Source: Perna viridis (Eukaryota). Taken from it: DNA of 64,000 nt. Shown in pieces: positions 50,501 to 64,000 of the stretch (the first letter of the stretch is position 1; each line of letters opens with the position of its first letter). The position numbers and the translations under genes are program-made. The stretch is taken from positions 43,127,626-43,191,625 of the forward strand of contig CM074516.1 in NCBI GenBank assembly GCA_037379345.1. The letters run 5' to 3'. The notes under the pieces were generated by a model, which ran no database searches, had not been told where the DNA came from, and worked only from the letters and a program-made list of their open reading frames with translations.

Positions 50501-53500
50501 GGCTAAATATTGAGTAAAAAGCTAACTACTCTAGTTAATAATGAATTGATTTTTTTTTATTAAATAAGAAAAAAATTAAATAAAAGACAATATAAATATA
50601 AACTGTTTATATACTAAAGGAGAATACATAATGGTATGTATAGTTCTAACTAAGTTTAGCATTTTAAGTGCTGTTTATGATACTATATAAATAAATTTAT
50701 AAGAAAAAAGTCAGCAGGAAAAGTTTAAAGTATAAATATAATAAACCAGAAATTCCCAAAGCATATAGCTTTATATCTTCTGAGTGCTCGGCCAGCAGTA
50801 TGGCATGCACTGTATTCTCATGCAGTTTACCTTAGGCATAATCTAAAAACAAGTCACACTTATTAAATAACTAGAACATCATAGTTTGTTCAGTGATCTA
50901 GGTCCAATTTCAATGAAGGGTAACATGAATTCTAAAACTTTCAAGCTATACATAAATTCACACTTGTCATTTTGCTCCGAATGACCCCAGATTAGTCTCC
51001 GAATAACCTTTTGATGTCAATAAAACAATGTAATTTTAAATTGAGACGTCATTGATCTTTAAGTTGACAGAGGTTTCAGTACGAAAACAATCGGAAAATA
51101 TATTATTTTTGTCAATGGTGTCCACAAGTGTAAATTCGTCTATTGCTATAAAGAAAATACAAAGCATAAATGTCAAACTGGATTTGTTCTTATCCAAAAT
51201 TAAAGTCAAATGAAAAAAATAATGTTCATAAATCACTTTACATGAAGTGTCTTATATTTTTTAATCATTGGACATTGAACATGGAATAGAATAGAATCAC
51301 CAGCAAAGTCTTTGGGCAACAGATAGCTCAAATAGAAATAAATAGGATTCAAAGTATGATAGCCAGTGACACATGAGCACAGGAAATTACAGATTTGAAT
51401 AGCTGATATATATATATATACATCATTAAAAAGAAAATATATCAAAAGTAATGGGGATATTTCACAAAATAAGAGCAGTCTTTTCTGGATATCAGCAGAA
51501 CACAGTGCTTCAGTAAATAAATATATAAAATCACATCTATGAAGTGCTGGGAAATGATTAAACACAAAATTAAACTATATCCATACTTAGTTCATTTAAC
51601 CAGGTATGTCATACAGTTCTTAAAAAAATACTTCAGTCTGAGAATCTTCAATGGTAACTACAGTCAAAGACTTTGAAATTCTCAGACTTAAGTATATTTT
51701 ACATTTTGTGGCACTGGGATCAGGTATACAGTGTTGAAAAATAAACAACATTCTGAGTAGGGGAAACAGCTTATCTTGTAAACAGTCCAAAGATTATTTC
51801 TACAGCCACAAAAACTATTTTTATTTAGGTTACTTTAAATAAGCTACTAGCCATTAGCTATCACAAATAATGTTGGAGACCATTTACAAGAAATTTTTAT
51901 TAATTTTTTTCAGTCATTTCGAATGGAAATGATTTATATAAGAAAATATAAAGTAGTACCCTTTTAAGTATAAATATAATAAAAATACCTTGAAACCAAA
52001 TGATATCGTATCTATGGAGATGACCTTGCTTCTTGCAAAGTTCTGGAGGGTACCAGTCAGGAAAGCTTGAGGGAAGAAGAATCCTGATATCCAGTAACAC
52101 TGTAATGAAAGAATACAAATATGACCAAAAAATTCCAATAATTTCAAAGTAAAGTTACCAAAATAATACTTAATAGAAATAATAGTGGTGATTTCTCAGA
52201 TTATTCAAGCATAATATATTTTGACACTACACACATTGGTAAGATATATGTAAATATAAGGTATTTATTTTTTTCTTCACAAAATGTTATTAGTTTAACA
52301 AATTGCTGAAATTCTAGAAAATTAAGAAATAGGCTTCTACTCTATTTAATCATTCATCAAACCCGATTAATTCAGCAAAACATTTACTCACAGTAGGATT
52401 TCCATTGTCTATCCAGTTTGTAATGAACTGCATCCTCATTTCTAAATCTGCCACCCACTGTGCCAAAGGTTTTAGTGATGGGTAGGCCTAAAATGTATTT
52501 GATAAATAACATTTAGAGGACAGATATTTTATGTATCATACAGTCATTTTGATTATGTCCTTGAACAGTTACTTGTCAAAGCTGCTGCTTGATTAAAACC
52601 TATCATCCATTTTATTGTCTTGTGTGACATTTTTCAATTTTTGGATTTGGATATTTTATTCAATGTTACTATCAGTTTTGTATAATTCATAAAGGAACAT
52701 AAATCTCTTCCGAAAGCTTGAATTATATTGACAATTAATTTCCACTTCTTCCGAAGTTGTGTTAGACATGTCACTTTCATATTCTTGGTTTGGTATCTTG
52801 TGATATTTTCCTACAGACATATTTAACTATACATCACTTACCTTCTTAGACCAAAGTCCAGGAACACTGTTATCATAAAGACTATTAGCCATCATTTCAA
52901 GTTCTTGTGACAACACAACCAAACCCTTTAATGCCTTCAGAAGGGCTTGTAAACTGTTGTGAATCTCTTTCAACAGTTTGTTGTATCTAATGACTTCTTG
53001 TGTCAATACAGTATTCATGGACTGTTCATACAATACAGGATACTTCTCAATTACAGAATTGATGTTGATAGGTTTGGGAACTCTTTCTAGAATATCCTTA
53101 GCACTTTCTTCCATTACCTAAATAAAGAAAACAATGCTTGTCTTGTATAAATATCAAACAAACTTTAATTTTGCCAGAAAGTTGCCAAATGTATGAATAA
53201 TCTTTTTTTAATGCTATATAAGTTCCCCATCAATGTCAAGTTTACTCATTATCTATGTACTTCGATTCATTAAAATAACTACATGATGGTTGGGATTTTT
53301 ATCAACCTTGAATACCAATACTGGTCTCTCACGGTGGTGGTTAGTGGGATAGTAGAACCACCTGGTGTTGGTAGCGGAGTCTAGCCTTAGGTACCTGACC
53401 AAAGAACTCTACCAGAGTATGTCCTACTACCAGCTGCTGTGTAGACATCCTGGCCTACTCCCAGACCCCTCACTGAACACAGAGTATTTTTGTACAAGGA

Positions 53501-56500
53501 CTTACCTCTTCTCTGGATTTTCCACCACCAGCAGCTGTCTTGGCCTGTAACTTCAGCAGGGAACTCAACATTGAATATGTCTCATTCTGGGCAAAGGTGA
53601 TGTTAGCATTGTCATGGAGACCAAATACTTCAGGTGTGTCGTTAATCGGCAATGATCGTATGTATGACATGTATCCCTGTTAAGTAATTTATACATTAGC
53701 ATACATAAAGCAGTTAAGTACATTTCAAAGAGAATTTAAGCGAACATCTGATTGAGAAAGATGAACATTATGAATTATGGATTTCTTGGTGAATCCTTGG
53801 TTAAATATTTCAACTAGTACTAGACTCCTGAGTGGCTTGAACCAGTATATTTAAGTACCATTCCATGTAAGAATCAGGCAAGGGGTGGCACATCTTAATT
53901 CTCAAATTGGTCTTTTTTGCCTCAAACATATTAAAATACATGTAGAAAACAACTACAATTAAGCTATTTAAATTTCTCCTGAAGCATTGTTGAGGCAGAT
54001 ATATTTTTACTGCTTATAGAAGGAAAAACTTCAGGAAAATTTTCCTGCATTTTTCCGTAGTACATTTCAACTAAATTTGACCTATAAATATCTTGAAAAC
54101 TCTACAAACACTCTGACAGTACTTTCTTGAGGTGATGAGGTATAAATACTTGGATAATGCAATAAAATATCTGTATTTTTTCTTCATGTGCCACACCTTA
54201 TACACATTTTGCCTGACTCTTAGATGGAGGAGTACTTAAATATGCATTTGAGTGAACACACAACACACTGTTAATAGAAATCACAGAAGCAATCATTTAT
54301 CAATAAACTGTTCAAAATCTGAAGACTTTCAACATTGAAACTTCATATAACACTGCACCTACATAAAATCTTGGTATGAAGATATAATTTCATATTGAAA
54401 CATAAGGGGAAAGTTAATAGCATTCCAGGTTAAGACAACTATTTCTATTACTCTATATTCTTATCTTTAAATATGAAGTTTCTAGAGATCTGAAATCTGT
54501 GGCATGAAATTAAAGCTGATCTTAAGTAATTTGTATTTCACTGTCATAATCAATATTTCTTAAAAAAGATTCCTTTTTTCTGAGAAATAGTTCTGCCCTG
54601 AGAACTATACCACAACTTAAAAGTTTACTAAGTTTTATCCAGTGATTTTATAGTGTAAGCAGTGGTACTTAAGGTGTATATCATGATGTACACATTTAGA
54701 ATCAAGAAACTACATGTACAATGAAAGAAAAATATGTATGTATACAGGGCTTCATTTATTTGTTAACTTTTTTTTCACTTATAGGAAGCCAAAACAAAAT
54801 CTTATTTGACTACTGAAGAAAAGATAGAAATATACAAATTCTTTCAAATGAAAGAAGACTGGTATTCTAGTTACTTCAGACTACACTGCATACATCTTTA
54901 TCCTTGCACGCATATTTCACAAAACCCCTTTGAAAGAAATATAAAGAATCTAATTCTAATATAAGAATCTTGAGAACTACAAAGATCTAGTGATAGTACA
55001 GTATTCTATGTAGAATCTAGAGAACTACAAAGATCTAGTGATAGTACAGTATTCTATGTAGAATCTAATGCTAAAAGTCTGAAAACAGCCTAAGAATAAA
55101 CGAATTCTATGTTGTTAGTAAAACAGCTGAATGCTAAATATTAGCCTCATGGAGTTTAGTTTAATCTTCAAGAAAAACGGTTGTTTTTATTCTGATAGAA
55201 CAGCTTTTGAAATATACTCACTATTTTATAGAAAAAAATAACTTAATTGTAAGGTTATGTTCCATGTAAAAAACTGAGACCAATAATACGGTTTTTTGTG
55301 AGACCAAATATTTAGCATCAACAGCAAGATATAGATAAAGCAGTGAACTAAACTCTTTCACACATATAAAAAAAACATTCATTTACAAATGCCAGTACTG
55401 TAGATCTTTATTTGATAATTCTTTGACTGTACTGATTGTATTCAAAATTGAAGCAAAAATCCTTTACAATCAGGAACTCAAGTTCATTAATGTACTTTAA
55501 AAACTGTCTAATTTTTTAGCATATTACATAAAAAAAAAACATTTAATCTTAAAGGTTTTTTTTTTTTAAATTAAACTTTAATGAAAAGCCATTAGCACTA
55601 TTTAATGTCTTTAGCCTAGATAATTAGCCACACATCTTCGATTAACAGAAGACAACACACAACATCAACACAATGGTTGATCTCTCTCACACCCATGTCC
55701 ATAAGATAACCGTGATACATGGCTACTAGAGAAGTATTAAGATAGTACAACTATGTGTACATTTCATGCATCACATAATTACATTATGGTCATTGGTCGT
55801 GGGGATCTGGTGATAAATTCCAGACTCAGAATACTTATAATCCTCATTCAACACGTCAAGGCTGTAGAAATCTGCAAGAATGTTCATCATACAGCGTCTG
55901 TCCCAGTCATCTGATACACGACCACCATAATTAATATGTCCTCCCGTGTACCTCAACACCTAACAAAACATAAGATACATTTGGTTGAATAAACATTCTT
56001 TAAAGAAGCTTCCAGTTCAAAGCTGTATTTATTTTTAAAAAATTGCCATAGGTAACTGAATATTAAAAAAAATTAACAAATGACTAAAAAGAAATAGTGA
56101 CAGAGGAGTACAGCTGTCTGAATCACCAAATGGTTAATCAATTTACTAAAGAATCTTTTCTTTTCTAGTTATACATTACATATATAAAAAAAAAGATTTA
56201 AAAGCATCAAAAGACAAGTTATGAGTTAATCACATAGAAGACAATTAACAAACCTTCAGTGGTATATCTTTGTAGTCTGTTAAGAACATTTTTAGTTGAC
56301 TAACACAGATACGCAAGTCACCATCAGTAAATTCATACGGAATGTTGAATCCAAGAGCACCAAACTTTCTCCTCTCTAATAGTACTCCGTGGAACAGACA
56401 CAGTGATAGCAAAAGGTGTTTAAACTCTGATGGCTGCAGAAAGTAAACAAGGAAGAATTTAGAGAACACATATATAAGTCAAAGACATATATCAGAAAAC

Positions 56501-59500
56501 TATACAATGCTATATTCAATAAATCACGAGTCCATAAAATCTTCAATATTTCCCTAAAATAAGACCATAAAAAATGTCCTGACTGTTTATAAGTTAAATT
56601 TAAAATACAACAAGCATATATAATTCAGAAAGATATTATTTCATTTACTAAGCAATCTACTTATATTACATTATACTAACCCTGGCTTCACAAGAATTAA
56701 GGAAATCATCAGTAAATCCTGTGTAAGACTTGAGAAGATTTGCCTTGATACCTCTAGGTGGTTCCACTGTCATCTTAGATCCATTCTGTAGGATGTATAC
56801 AGGGAACTTGTTACTAGGCATACTAGTCAGCCACAATCGGAAATCTCTGTGTACCTGTAATAACAAAATAATCAATTATAAATCAAATATCTCACAAATC
56901 AGCAATTTTTTAACAAGATGCTCAATCAAGTATCAAAACCAGATTAAATATCCTTCTTGGATTTTTTCTGTACAGAATCATAAGTTGATTAAAAGAATCA
57001 AAATGATGTTTTGTAAACATATTTATGTGTGAATAATCTTCAAACATAGTTCAGGTATGTCCCAACAACCAATTCAATTTACATAAATAAAGTAATAAGC
57101 AAGCATACTCCTTCAGTACAAAAAATTACCATATGTTCTAGATCTAGACTAGTTTTATCCTTACTTTATCTGGATCAATTTGTTCTACAAGTCTTTCTAA
57201 TGTTGGCATAAAACTAGGAGCCAAGTGACAGTTCTGGAAAAAGACCCATTTGCCTCTCTCCATGGCACTTCTCATCATGGCTTCAGCTCTTGGTCCCTAA
57301 AACACAATATGTCAACCGTTATAGTTTTTTTCCATTAACAACATTTACAAAGTCACAAACAAGGACAGAAAATATGATGGAGTTAACCAAAAATTAGTAT
57401 TAAAGACATGAGAAAGTAAAATGTTATTCTATTAAACATGGTTATTAAGTCATAATAAAAAATCCAGAGTACAGACCTGTCCCTGACCAAGAGAAATGGC
57501 ACTCAGTTTCTTGGAGAATCTCAATTTGTCAGCAAATTTATACAAATCAGATGCTGGATCAGTACCAGCAGACAAGACAAAGATAAGTGGAATGGTTGGT
57601 GAGGAATCTTTAAAGACTAAGTCCAAGTCAGCTGTCTGAGGCTCAATAAATCTCTGGCCTAAGAATTTAGCAACATAGTTCTGCATGACATCAGTCACTT
57701 TATCTGGACGCAGACATTTGAGAACAATCATTTTCTGGAAGTCATCCAAGTCATCATTCCAATTTCCAGGCAAATCCTCACTGAAATGGAAAGGTGCAAG
57801 TATCTTATCCCCTTTGCATGATGTAGAAAAATTGTTTCATTTATGTAAACAACATCATTTGGAAAGCGTAAGTTTTAAGTTACTTCATCTATCTGTCATA
57901 AATTCTGCATTTAAATGAGTAAACAAACCTATCTATCTGAATTCATGAAAAGTATTCTTTAGTATAGTATCTGAGATAAACTGTTTCATAAATGAAAAGC
58001 AAAATGAATTAATATAATTACGTATGAGGTGTCTGGCTGTCGAATATTCTCTTATATCCATCTAGATGATTTTTGAAATCTTCTGAAAATTTGGAAAATT
58101 TATCTAGGACTTGAGTTGTAGTGATTTCTAGCCATGATCTTCCAGAAATCCATTCAGGTGCAGGGTTAGGAAGATCCTTTATTACATGAGTACCACCGGC
58201 TAACATAAAACGCCATTCATCCTGTAGGAAATACAAACATGTAACAATGATTGATTGATTAAATTTTAATTTCATTCATTTCAGAACGAGAACATTTGAC
58301 CAATCAAACAGACCCTGCTTTTCAATAGTCTGATAGGCTAAGCAGGATCTTTATTGTGCTAGTTAAAAAAAGCAACAGCCTGGAGATAGGCATGTCACCC
58401 CACTCTAACATATTATTCTGACTCTGAGCCAACCAGTCACCTCCCTATCTTCTAGTAAATCTTGTGTGCTTAGTTGAGAAGTAGTGACTATCATTTTAAG
58501 TCATTGGTGTGAATCCGCCATGGAACAAACCCACAATATTATTCACTTGTGATGAGCACACTAACCTAAGACCAAACTAGTTACAAAACACAGATATATA
58601 TAAAACATTACTTGCCGTGACTAAAAGATCTCTTTACTTACTAATGTTGTATTTAAAACCAAAAAAGAACAAGAATTTTCTGCTTACCATGTTAATTTCT
58701 CCTCTATACATCTTCATCCTAGTACATACAAGGAAGGCAAACAACAACTTATCCTTCTCAAATAAAGATCTGCACACATTGGAGTATAAACTGAATGTAA
58801 AGAAGTTGTTGATGTTGGTCACTCTCTGTGGAATATTGTCTAAAAGAGATGTACCAAAATGTCAGCTTTGATCAAGAGAGTCACAATAAAATGCTTATTT
58901 TATGGCACAGATTATGTACTGTGGTTTAATCATCTGATACATGTGGGATTCTTTTTAATCATGAAAGTCCTAATTAAAATTTGCATGATTCAACAAATTA
59001 AACTTCAATAGAAATAAATTGATTTAAAAAGTATCTATCACATTTTAGAAGTTGTGACACACTTTTGATAATAAGCAAAAGGATAAAAAACATGTTAAAA
59101 TTTCAAATTGATGACATATGATTACCTGCTCTCTCAGCCTGTGCTATACCACCAAGGAATATAGTAACAAACCATTCCAGAGAATATTGGTACATAGGAT
59201 CAATATTGCCCATGTCTGATACACAGAAAAACAAAATCTGTGTGTTAACAGCCACTGGAATATATTGACTTCTGGTCTGGTCAATATCTTTCTCTGTTTG
59301 CTCAGCCACTAACACTTTAGCCTGTTTAAGAAAAAAATATTACATTACCATAAGACAAAACCAAACCTTTCCTAAAATAGATGTCCATAAACAATTCATA
59401 ATATATACTTAAAATTATATTTTCCCAAAAAAAGTTGAATACTAAAATGAATTTATTAAATTTTCTCAATACTTAGACTATACATTTAAATTGTACAGCA

Positions 59501-62500
59501 TGACTTTTTTTTATGAAATATTCAATTTATTAACTGAATGCAGGAATTTACCTGAATTTCCATAGATTTGATCTTAGAAGCATCCAGGGTGGCGATGAGA
59601 TCAATATCATCAACCGGGCTGCCTTCTGATGAACTGAGTCTCTCCAAGATTCTGTCCTCAATCTCCTTCAATTCTTGCTTCATCTTAGCATTGCTGATAA
59701 TCAGCTGATTCTTGGCCTCCTCTAAGTCAGGACGTTCCTCTGCTACTACTATACCTAACATCTGATCTTCTAATCCACTGCAAATATAAACATAAATATA
59801 CATAAAACTTGCTTTGTGCAATTCAAAATACATTCAGTTATTACTTCATCAATAAAAATAAGAAGGAAAAAAAAAAGATATGACATCATCTAAGTCAACT
59901 TACCTTGGTGACAATGTGAAGTTGACTAGTGTGACTTTAGTGGACACCTCTGGTGTGTAGTGAGGATTAGGTAACTTGGTGGTGATGTAGAACTTGAAGT
60001 CATGATGATATGGAATAACAGCATCTCCCAACTTGATAACCAAGCTGCCTTGCTGTTTAAAAGTCTGAAATAAACATAAAATCAATAAACTAATATTCAA
60101 CTAGTTCCATAAAAATTTTGACAAAAATATCCATTTTTTATTTAGAATGCAGATAACAGTAGAACATTGTTGAAATAATACTTTTCTGGCAACATAAATC
60201 ATTACTAAACTAACCTGTTTAAGGAGAATGGGTTCAAGTGCAGGATCCAACTCTACTCCAACATTCTCCAAGAGACAAGGTTTACCAAATCTTACAGCAT
60301 TCTCCAATGATCTCAAGAAATCTTTGTCTGACAATTTGATTACATCCAAACCTGCATCTCTTTCCTGGAATGTATATTTGAGTAAGTTATTTCAAATTCA
60401 TAAGTTGCTTCATTAGATCAAAAACCTTTGATAATGTTTTATTGTCATTGCTAGTTTCTATTTACAAAATATACTGTATTTAAATGACTTGAAAATATTC
60501 TCACCATATTCTTGACCCATTTGTTGGCTTGTCCTTGAGGATCTATAAAAAGAGGCCATCTACGGGAGAACTGTACAATAACACCATTTTCTACTGACAA
60601 ATTATCCTTAGGGAGCCCAGCAATCTGCCAGCTACGAACTTTGACAGGATCACTCATTGTAGTGATCAGAGAGGGATCATCTGTTCTTGGTACTTTGTTG
60701 GCATCAACCTCTTTCTTCCAATCTTCAAACATTCTCTGTCTGAAGTCACCCTGTTTACAAAATAATCAAACAGTGACAACTGTGTAAAGAACATTATTTC
60801 ATTATTGTTTCAAAAAAAGAAAAGCAGAAATGTCAAATTGTTCATCAGGAAAAAAAAAATCAAAGGATACTGAAAAACTTAATGGGAAATAGGAAAATAT
60901 CAAAAATTTTATTACCAGATACAAATTCTGGTTAAACCTTCTTGTTGCTATGAATTAAACCTGTCTTTTCCAGACCTCAATTGATATATCATAATTGAAA
61001 GAGAGAACAACCAGACTCTGCATGGTGACCTCTTGATTTAACTTACAGTGAATGGACCAAGATAAGCAACATATGCTGATGAAATGAGTACATCTCCTAC
61101 AAAGTTGTTAATCACTGATTCTAATTTTTCCACAGATTCCTTCCATCTCTCTTTCTCATCAGCTAACCCACCGATAAGCTAAAATTAGAAATTAGCAATA
61201 TAAATAGAAAGGCATTTCCATGAGACTACTATGCTAATGCAAACATATTGTATACATTATATGGCAGAAACCCAATCAAAAAAATAGTACAAAAAGAATT
61301 ATTCATCATAAATTTGATTAATTTCCATCTTAACTAGTACAAAATGTCTATCAAACTTTCTAATATCTATTAAATACCTACCTTATCTGCTCTGACCAGT
61401 CTCTCTTCACACTCTTTACATTTATTTTCTAAGTCATCCTTCTTTCTGACGACATCTTCATATTTCTCTTGTAAGGTTGCAATACCCTCTGTAACCTCCT
61501 GTAACCTTTTCCTAGCAGCATCTAGAATTCTCTGGGTCTCAGCCAATTCTTCAGAGGCTACTCTAAGCCTTTCTCTCTTTGGTGCTACACCTCTGGCAAC
61601 AAAGTGGTACTTGTGCATAGCTCTGGCCCACATGCAGATGGAAGTACAAGCTTTGGATACCTAAAATAAACAAACATGCCTTTTTAACAGTTCACTAAAA
61701 TACAAACTCCGTAGGTTACTATAATAGGTTTTTAAAAATAAATATACCAAAATTATTGACCAAGCTTGAATATGAGACGCTGCTTTCAGCTGCCCTACTT
61801 TAAAACCTGAATATGAGCTTGAGTATGGACTTCTTGATTGGACTGATTGATTGATTGTGGTTTGACTTCCTGTGCATTTATATTTAATGCATTCAAACAT
61901 GAGAACGTTTAACCAATCAAACAACCCTGCTTAGTACTAGTCCAACCCACTGAGCCAAATTTTTATTGTGCTATCTCACAGAAGCAATAGCCCACGAAAG
62001 GACACAATATTCTGAATCGGAGCCCTTAAGTTCTCACCCTATCCCCTGAGTACTGTGTACTTAGTAGAGAGAAGCAGTGACTACCAATTTTAAAGTCTTA
62101 AGGCTGGGGATCCAACCCACAATCTCCTGCTCTCCAGACAAGCACAGTACCACTTGACCACTGAGGCAGTTTCTTTACTGGAAAATCTGACTAAGTATAG
62201 TACAAACTACGCTTTGTAGATGTTTACCTTAGCAATGGCAGCTGGAGTAAATGATTCATCATCAATGTAAGGCTGGATCCTCTTAATAACATCATCAGGA
62301 ATATTATCCTTATCATATTTGAATAAACTCTCCAAGAACTTGCTAGGTTCTGTCAGCTGAGCTTTACCAACATCCCAATAGTCATCTACCTTCTGTCCTG
62401 GCTGATCAAAGAAAACAAAATTAATGCAATTACCCTGAAAAAATTCATAGTTGTTGAATAAGTCTCTTTTTGAACTATAAAAAAGTTATTGCATGTAGAA

Positions 62501-63542
62501 GTAATATCATTTTTGGCTTCAATACAACAAAAAAAGCCTAACTTAGCAAGAGCATTTTTGAAATTCATACCACATTTTACTATACAGTAAAAGTTTAAGA
62601 TAATGTTATGCCACTACTATCCCCACTTGACCTATCATAAGATCACTGACCTTTTCACCTGCCACTCTCTTTGGTTTGATTCCTTTCATGATACAGACAG
62701 CCTCTATAACCATCCTGACACCCTGAGGTGGATTGTTCAAAGACTTCACTTCTACTACATCTGTCTTGGACAACGATTTCAAACTGGCAACAGCAGCATC
62801 CTTTAAACAAAAATTGTCAATTGTAAGTGCATATTACAAGCAATCAGCTTTTCTATGATTACATCAGAGAATCATATTGTAGTACATTAACAATTTGCCC
62901 AAGCAAACTTGCAGCAAAAAGGTAATTACACTTTCATTCATACAGTTTTCAGCTAAAAATATTATCCGATACAAGACATTGTTTAAGTACAGTAATGTCT
63001 TTTTTATTCATTGGTACTGTCACTTTTATATCCATTTTAAATTTCTTCTGATGATCTATAAATCTATCAACTTACCAAAGCAGGTAAAGCTTCGTTTAGA
63101 TCTCTCTGAGCATCGTCAGCGATGGCCTGGGTTTCCTTTGCTTTAACAGTAGCAGCAGCTTCTTCCTTTTCTACCACTGCTTTAGTCTCATTAGCAACCA
63201 CCTACAATGGACACAATATATGAGAAACTAACCAAAGAAAGTTCCATAAGAAATCACAATAACTTATTATATCTTTGTAAAGTAGCACAGGAATGAGATA
63301 ATGAAAGTCTAGCAACAAGAAACAAATTCTCCAAAACATTTATTATTTATTTACTTCTAAAAAAATTGAATTGGTATACATATCTACTACTTGTGACTCT
63401 ATAATATTAATCAGCTACTCACGGTGTCCTTAGAGATCTGGTCCATGGTAGATACAGATTCTTTAACAGCCTCTTCCAATAAAGGTTTCATTGAAGCCAA
63501 CTCATCCTGTAACTTGTCTACCTCTTCAGCAGTTTTCAGCAA
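44449..63542 (-). CDS. DNAH1: Axonemal inner-arm dynein heavy chain 1, 3' portion (stalk/MTBD, AAA5, AAA6, C-terminal domain); 5' part outside the window
   Basis: 24 GT-AG exons with compatible phases (4290 nt): 63423-63542, 63076-63201, 62651-62800, 62228-62401, 61382-61660, 61047-61178, 60505-60750, 60215-60364, 59904-60064, 59552-59777, 59126-59321, 58688-58839, 58022-58221, 57477-57780, 57165-57296, 56681-56854, 56254-56433, 55783-55959, 53506-53676, 52842-53117, 52392-52487, 51989-52099, 46880-47114, 44449-44570. Motifs [24 protein letters not shown] and [12 protein letters not shown]; C-terminus [13 protein letters not shown]...[15 protein letters not shown] resembles DNAH1. Confidence 0.93.
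46880..47114 (-). CDS. DNAH1: DNAH1 penultimate exon
   Basis: [30 protein letters not shown]...[12 protein letters not shown]. Confidence 0.95.
51989..53676 (-). CDS. DNAH1: DNAH1 exon cluster (51989-52099, 52392-52487, 52842-53117, 53506-53676), C-terminal domain
   Basis: [55 protein letters not shown]. Confidence 0.95.
54965..55067. repeat. 48-bp tandem duplication
   Basis: agaactacaaagatctagtgatagtacagtattctatgtagaatcta occurs twice. Confidence 0.95.
55783..58839 (-). CDS. DNAH1: DNAH1 exon cluster, AAA6 region (7 exons)
   Basis: [73 protein letters not shown]. Confidence 0.95.
58249..58575 (-). mobile_element. tRNA-derived SINE with (AATC)n tail
   Basis: Degenerate A/B-box head near 58575-58510, central domain ...cttctcaactaagcacac..., homologous along its length to 61843-62169. 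Confidence 0.7.
59126..63542 (-). CDS. DNAH1: DNAH1 exon cluster, stalk/MTBD/AAA5 (11 exons)
   Basis: [87 protein letters not shown]. Confidence 0.95.
61843..62169 (-). mobile_element. tRNA-derived SINE with (AATC)n tail, second copy
   Basis: Head ctcagtggtcaagtgg...gtgggttggatcccc; shares tttattgtgcta, gagaagYagtgacta and gagaac..ttNaccaatcaaaca blocks with 58249-58575. Confidence 0.75.
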
Positions 63543-63781
63543 CTTATTAAAAAAAGTTCACAGAAAATTTAGAAACTTGAAGATGCATGATTTACTATGT
63601 CAAGAAATATTACACACATGTAATCTTCTATTGTTGGCATTGTCAAGTCAGTGATGTTGCAAAGGGTAAAGCTATATATATTCCTCATTGACTTGCAGTT
63701 AATTTTCAGATATAATAAAGGAATAAAAAAAATTTATAAGAAGATTTGCTTGCAATCTTAAAAGAAAGAGTACAAGTTGAC

Positions 63782-63992
63782 TACTGTGAATGTACTATCA
63801 ATAGTTGAGTACCAGTTTTTGTGGTTTTCTTGGGTTGATCAAACCACAAAAATTTTGTTCCCATTGAATAGTAGATTCCCACTGATGTGTATACTGAAAA
63901 GTTCAAAACCATGAATTCAAGAATCCATGAACTTGTATTTCTTCCCTGATCCAAGAAAATTAGTATCCATGAATTAAAGTACTTTCACAGTA
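63782..63992. mobile_element. MITE with 15-bp TIRs including terminal TA
   Basis: tactgtgaatgtact versus reverse complement of agtactttcacagta (14 of 15 match). Confidence 0.8.
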
Positions 63993-64000
63993 TATTGTAC

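Noticed and set aside
51233-51565. 110-aa nested ORF in the DNAH1 intron
   Set aside because: Composition is typical of AT-rich non-coding DNA, it crosses a (TA)n tract, and it has no recognisable domain.

Overview
AT-rich eukaryotic genomic DNA with GT-AG introns. The repeat families suggest a bivalve mollusc, probably mussel-like (inference). Three spliced genes lie on the minus strand: a complete TMEM9/TMEM9B-family gene (5 coding exons, 2800-12724, 186 aa); a complete CREB3L1/CREB3L2 (OASIS/BBF2H7/CrebA-type) membrane-tethered bZIP gene (8 coding exons, 20233-37125, 560 aa); and the 3' 24 exons of axonemal dynein heavy chain DNAH1 (44449-63542, 1429 aa, 5' part outside the window). Introns and intergenic DNA hold decayed Penelope-like RT elements, a CR1/L2-type LINE, tRNA-derived SINEs, MITEs, a TIR element with transposase remnants and minisatellites. 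Most ORF-track entries are spurious. The most interesting signal is an RNA module 3' of the Penelope-like RT remnants. Two different elements each carry a degenerate circularly permuted (P5-type) twister-ribozyme-like motif whose pairings covary between copies, with a palindrome where P1 should be. A separate ~100-nt multibranch hairpin with compensatory changes occurs in three copies. Also notable are a candidate 12-nt DNAH1 microexon flanked by Rbfox sites and a candidate acidic TMEM9 microexon. All homology calls come from manual motif recognition; no searches were run.
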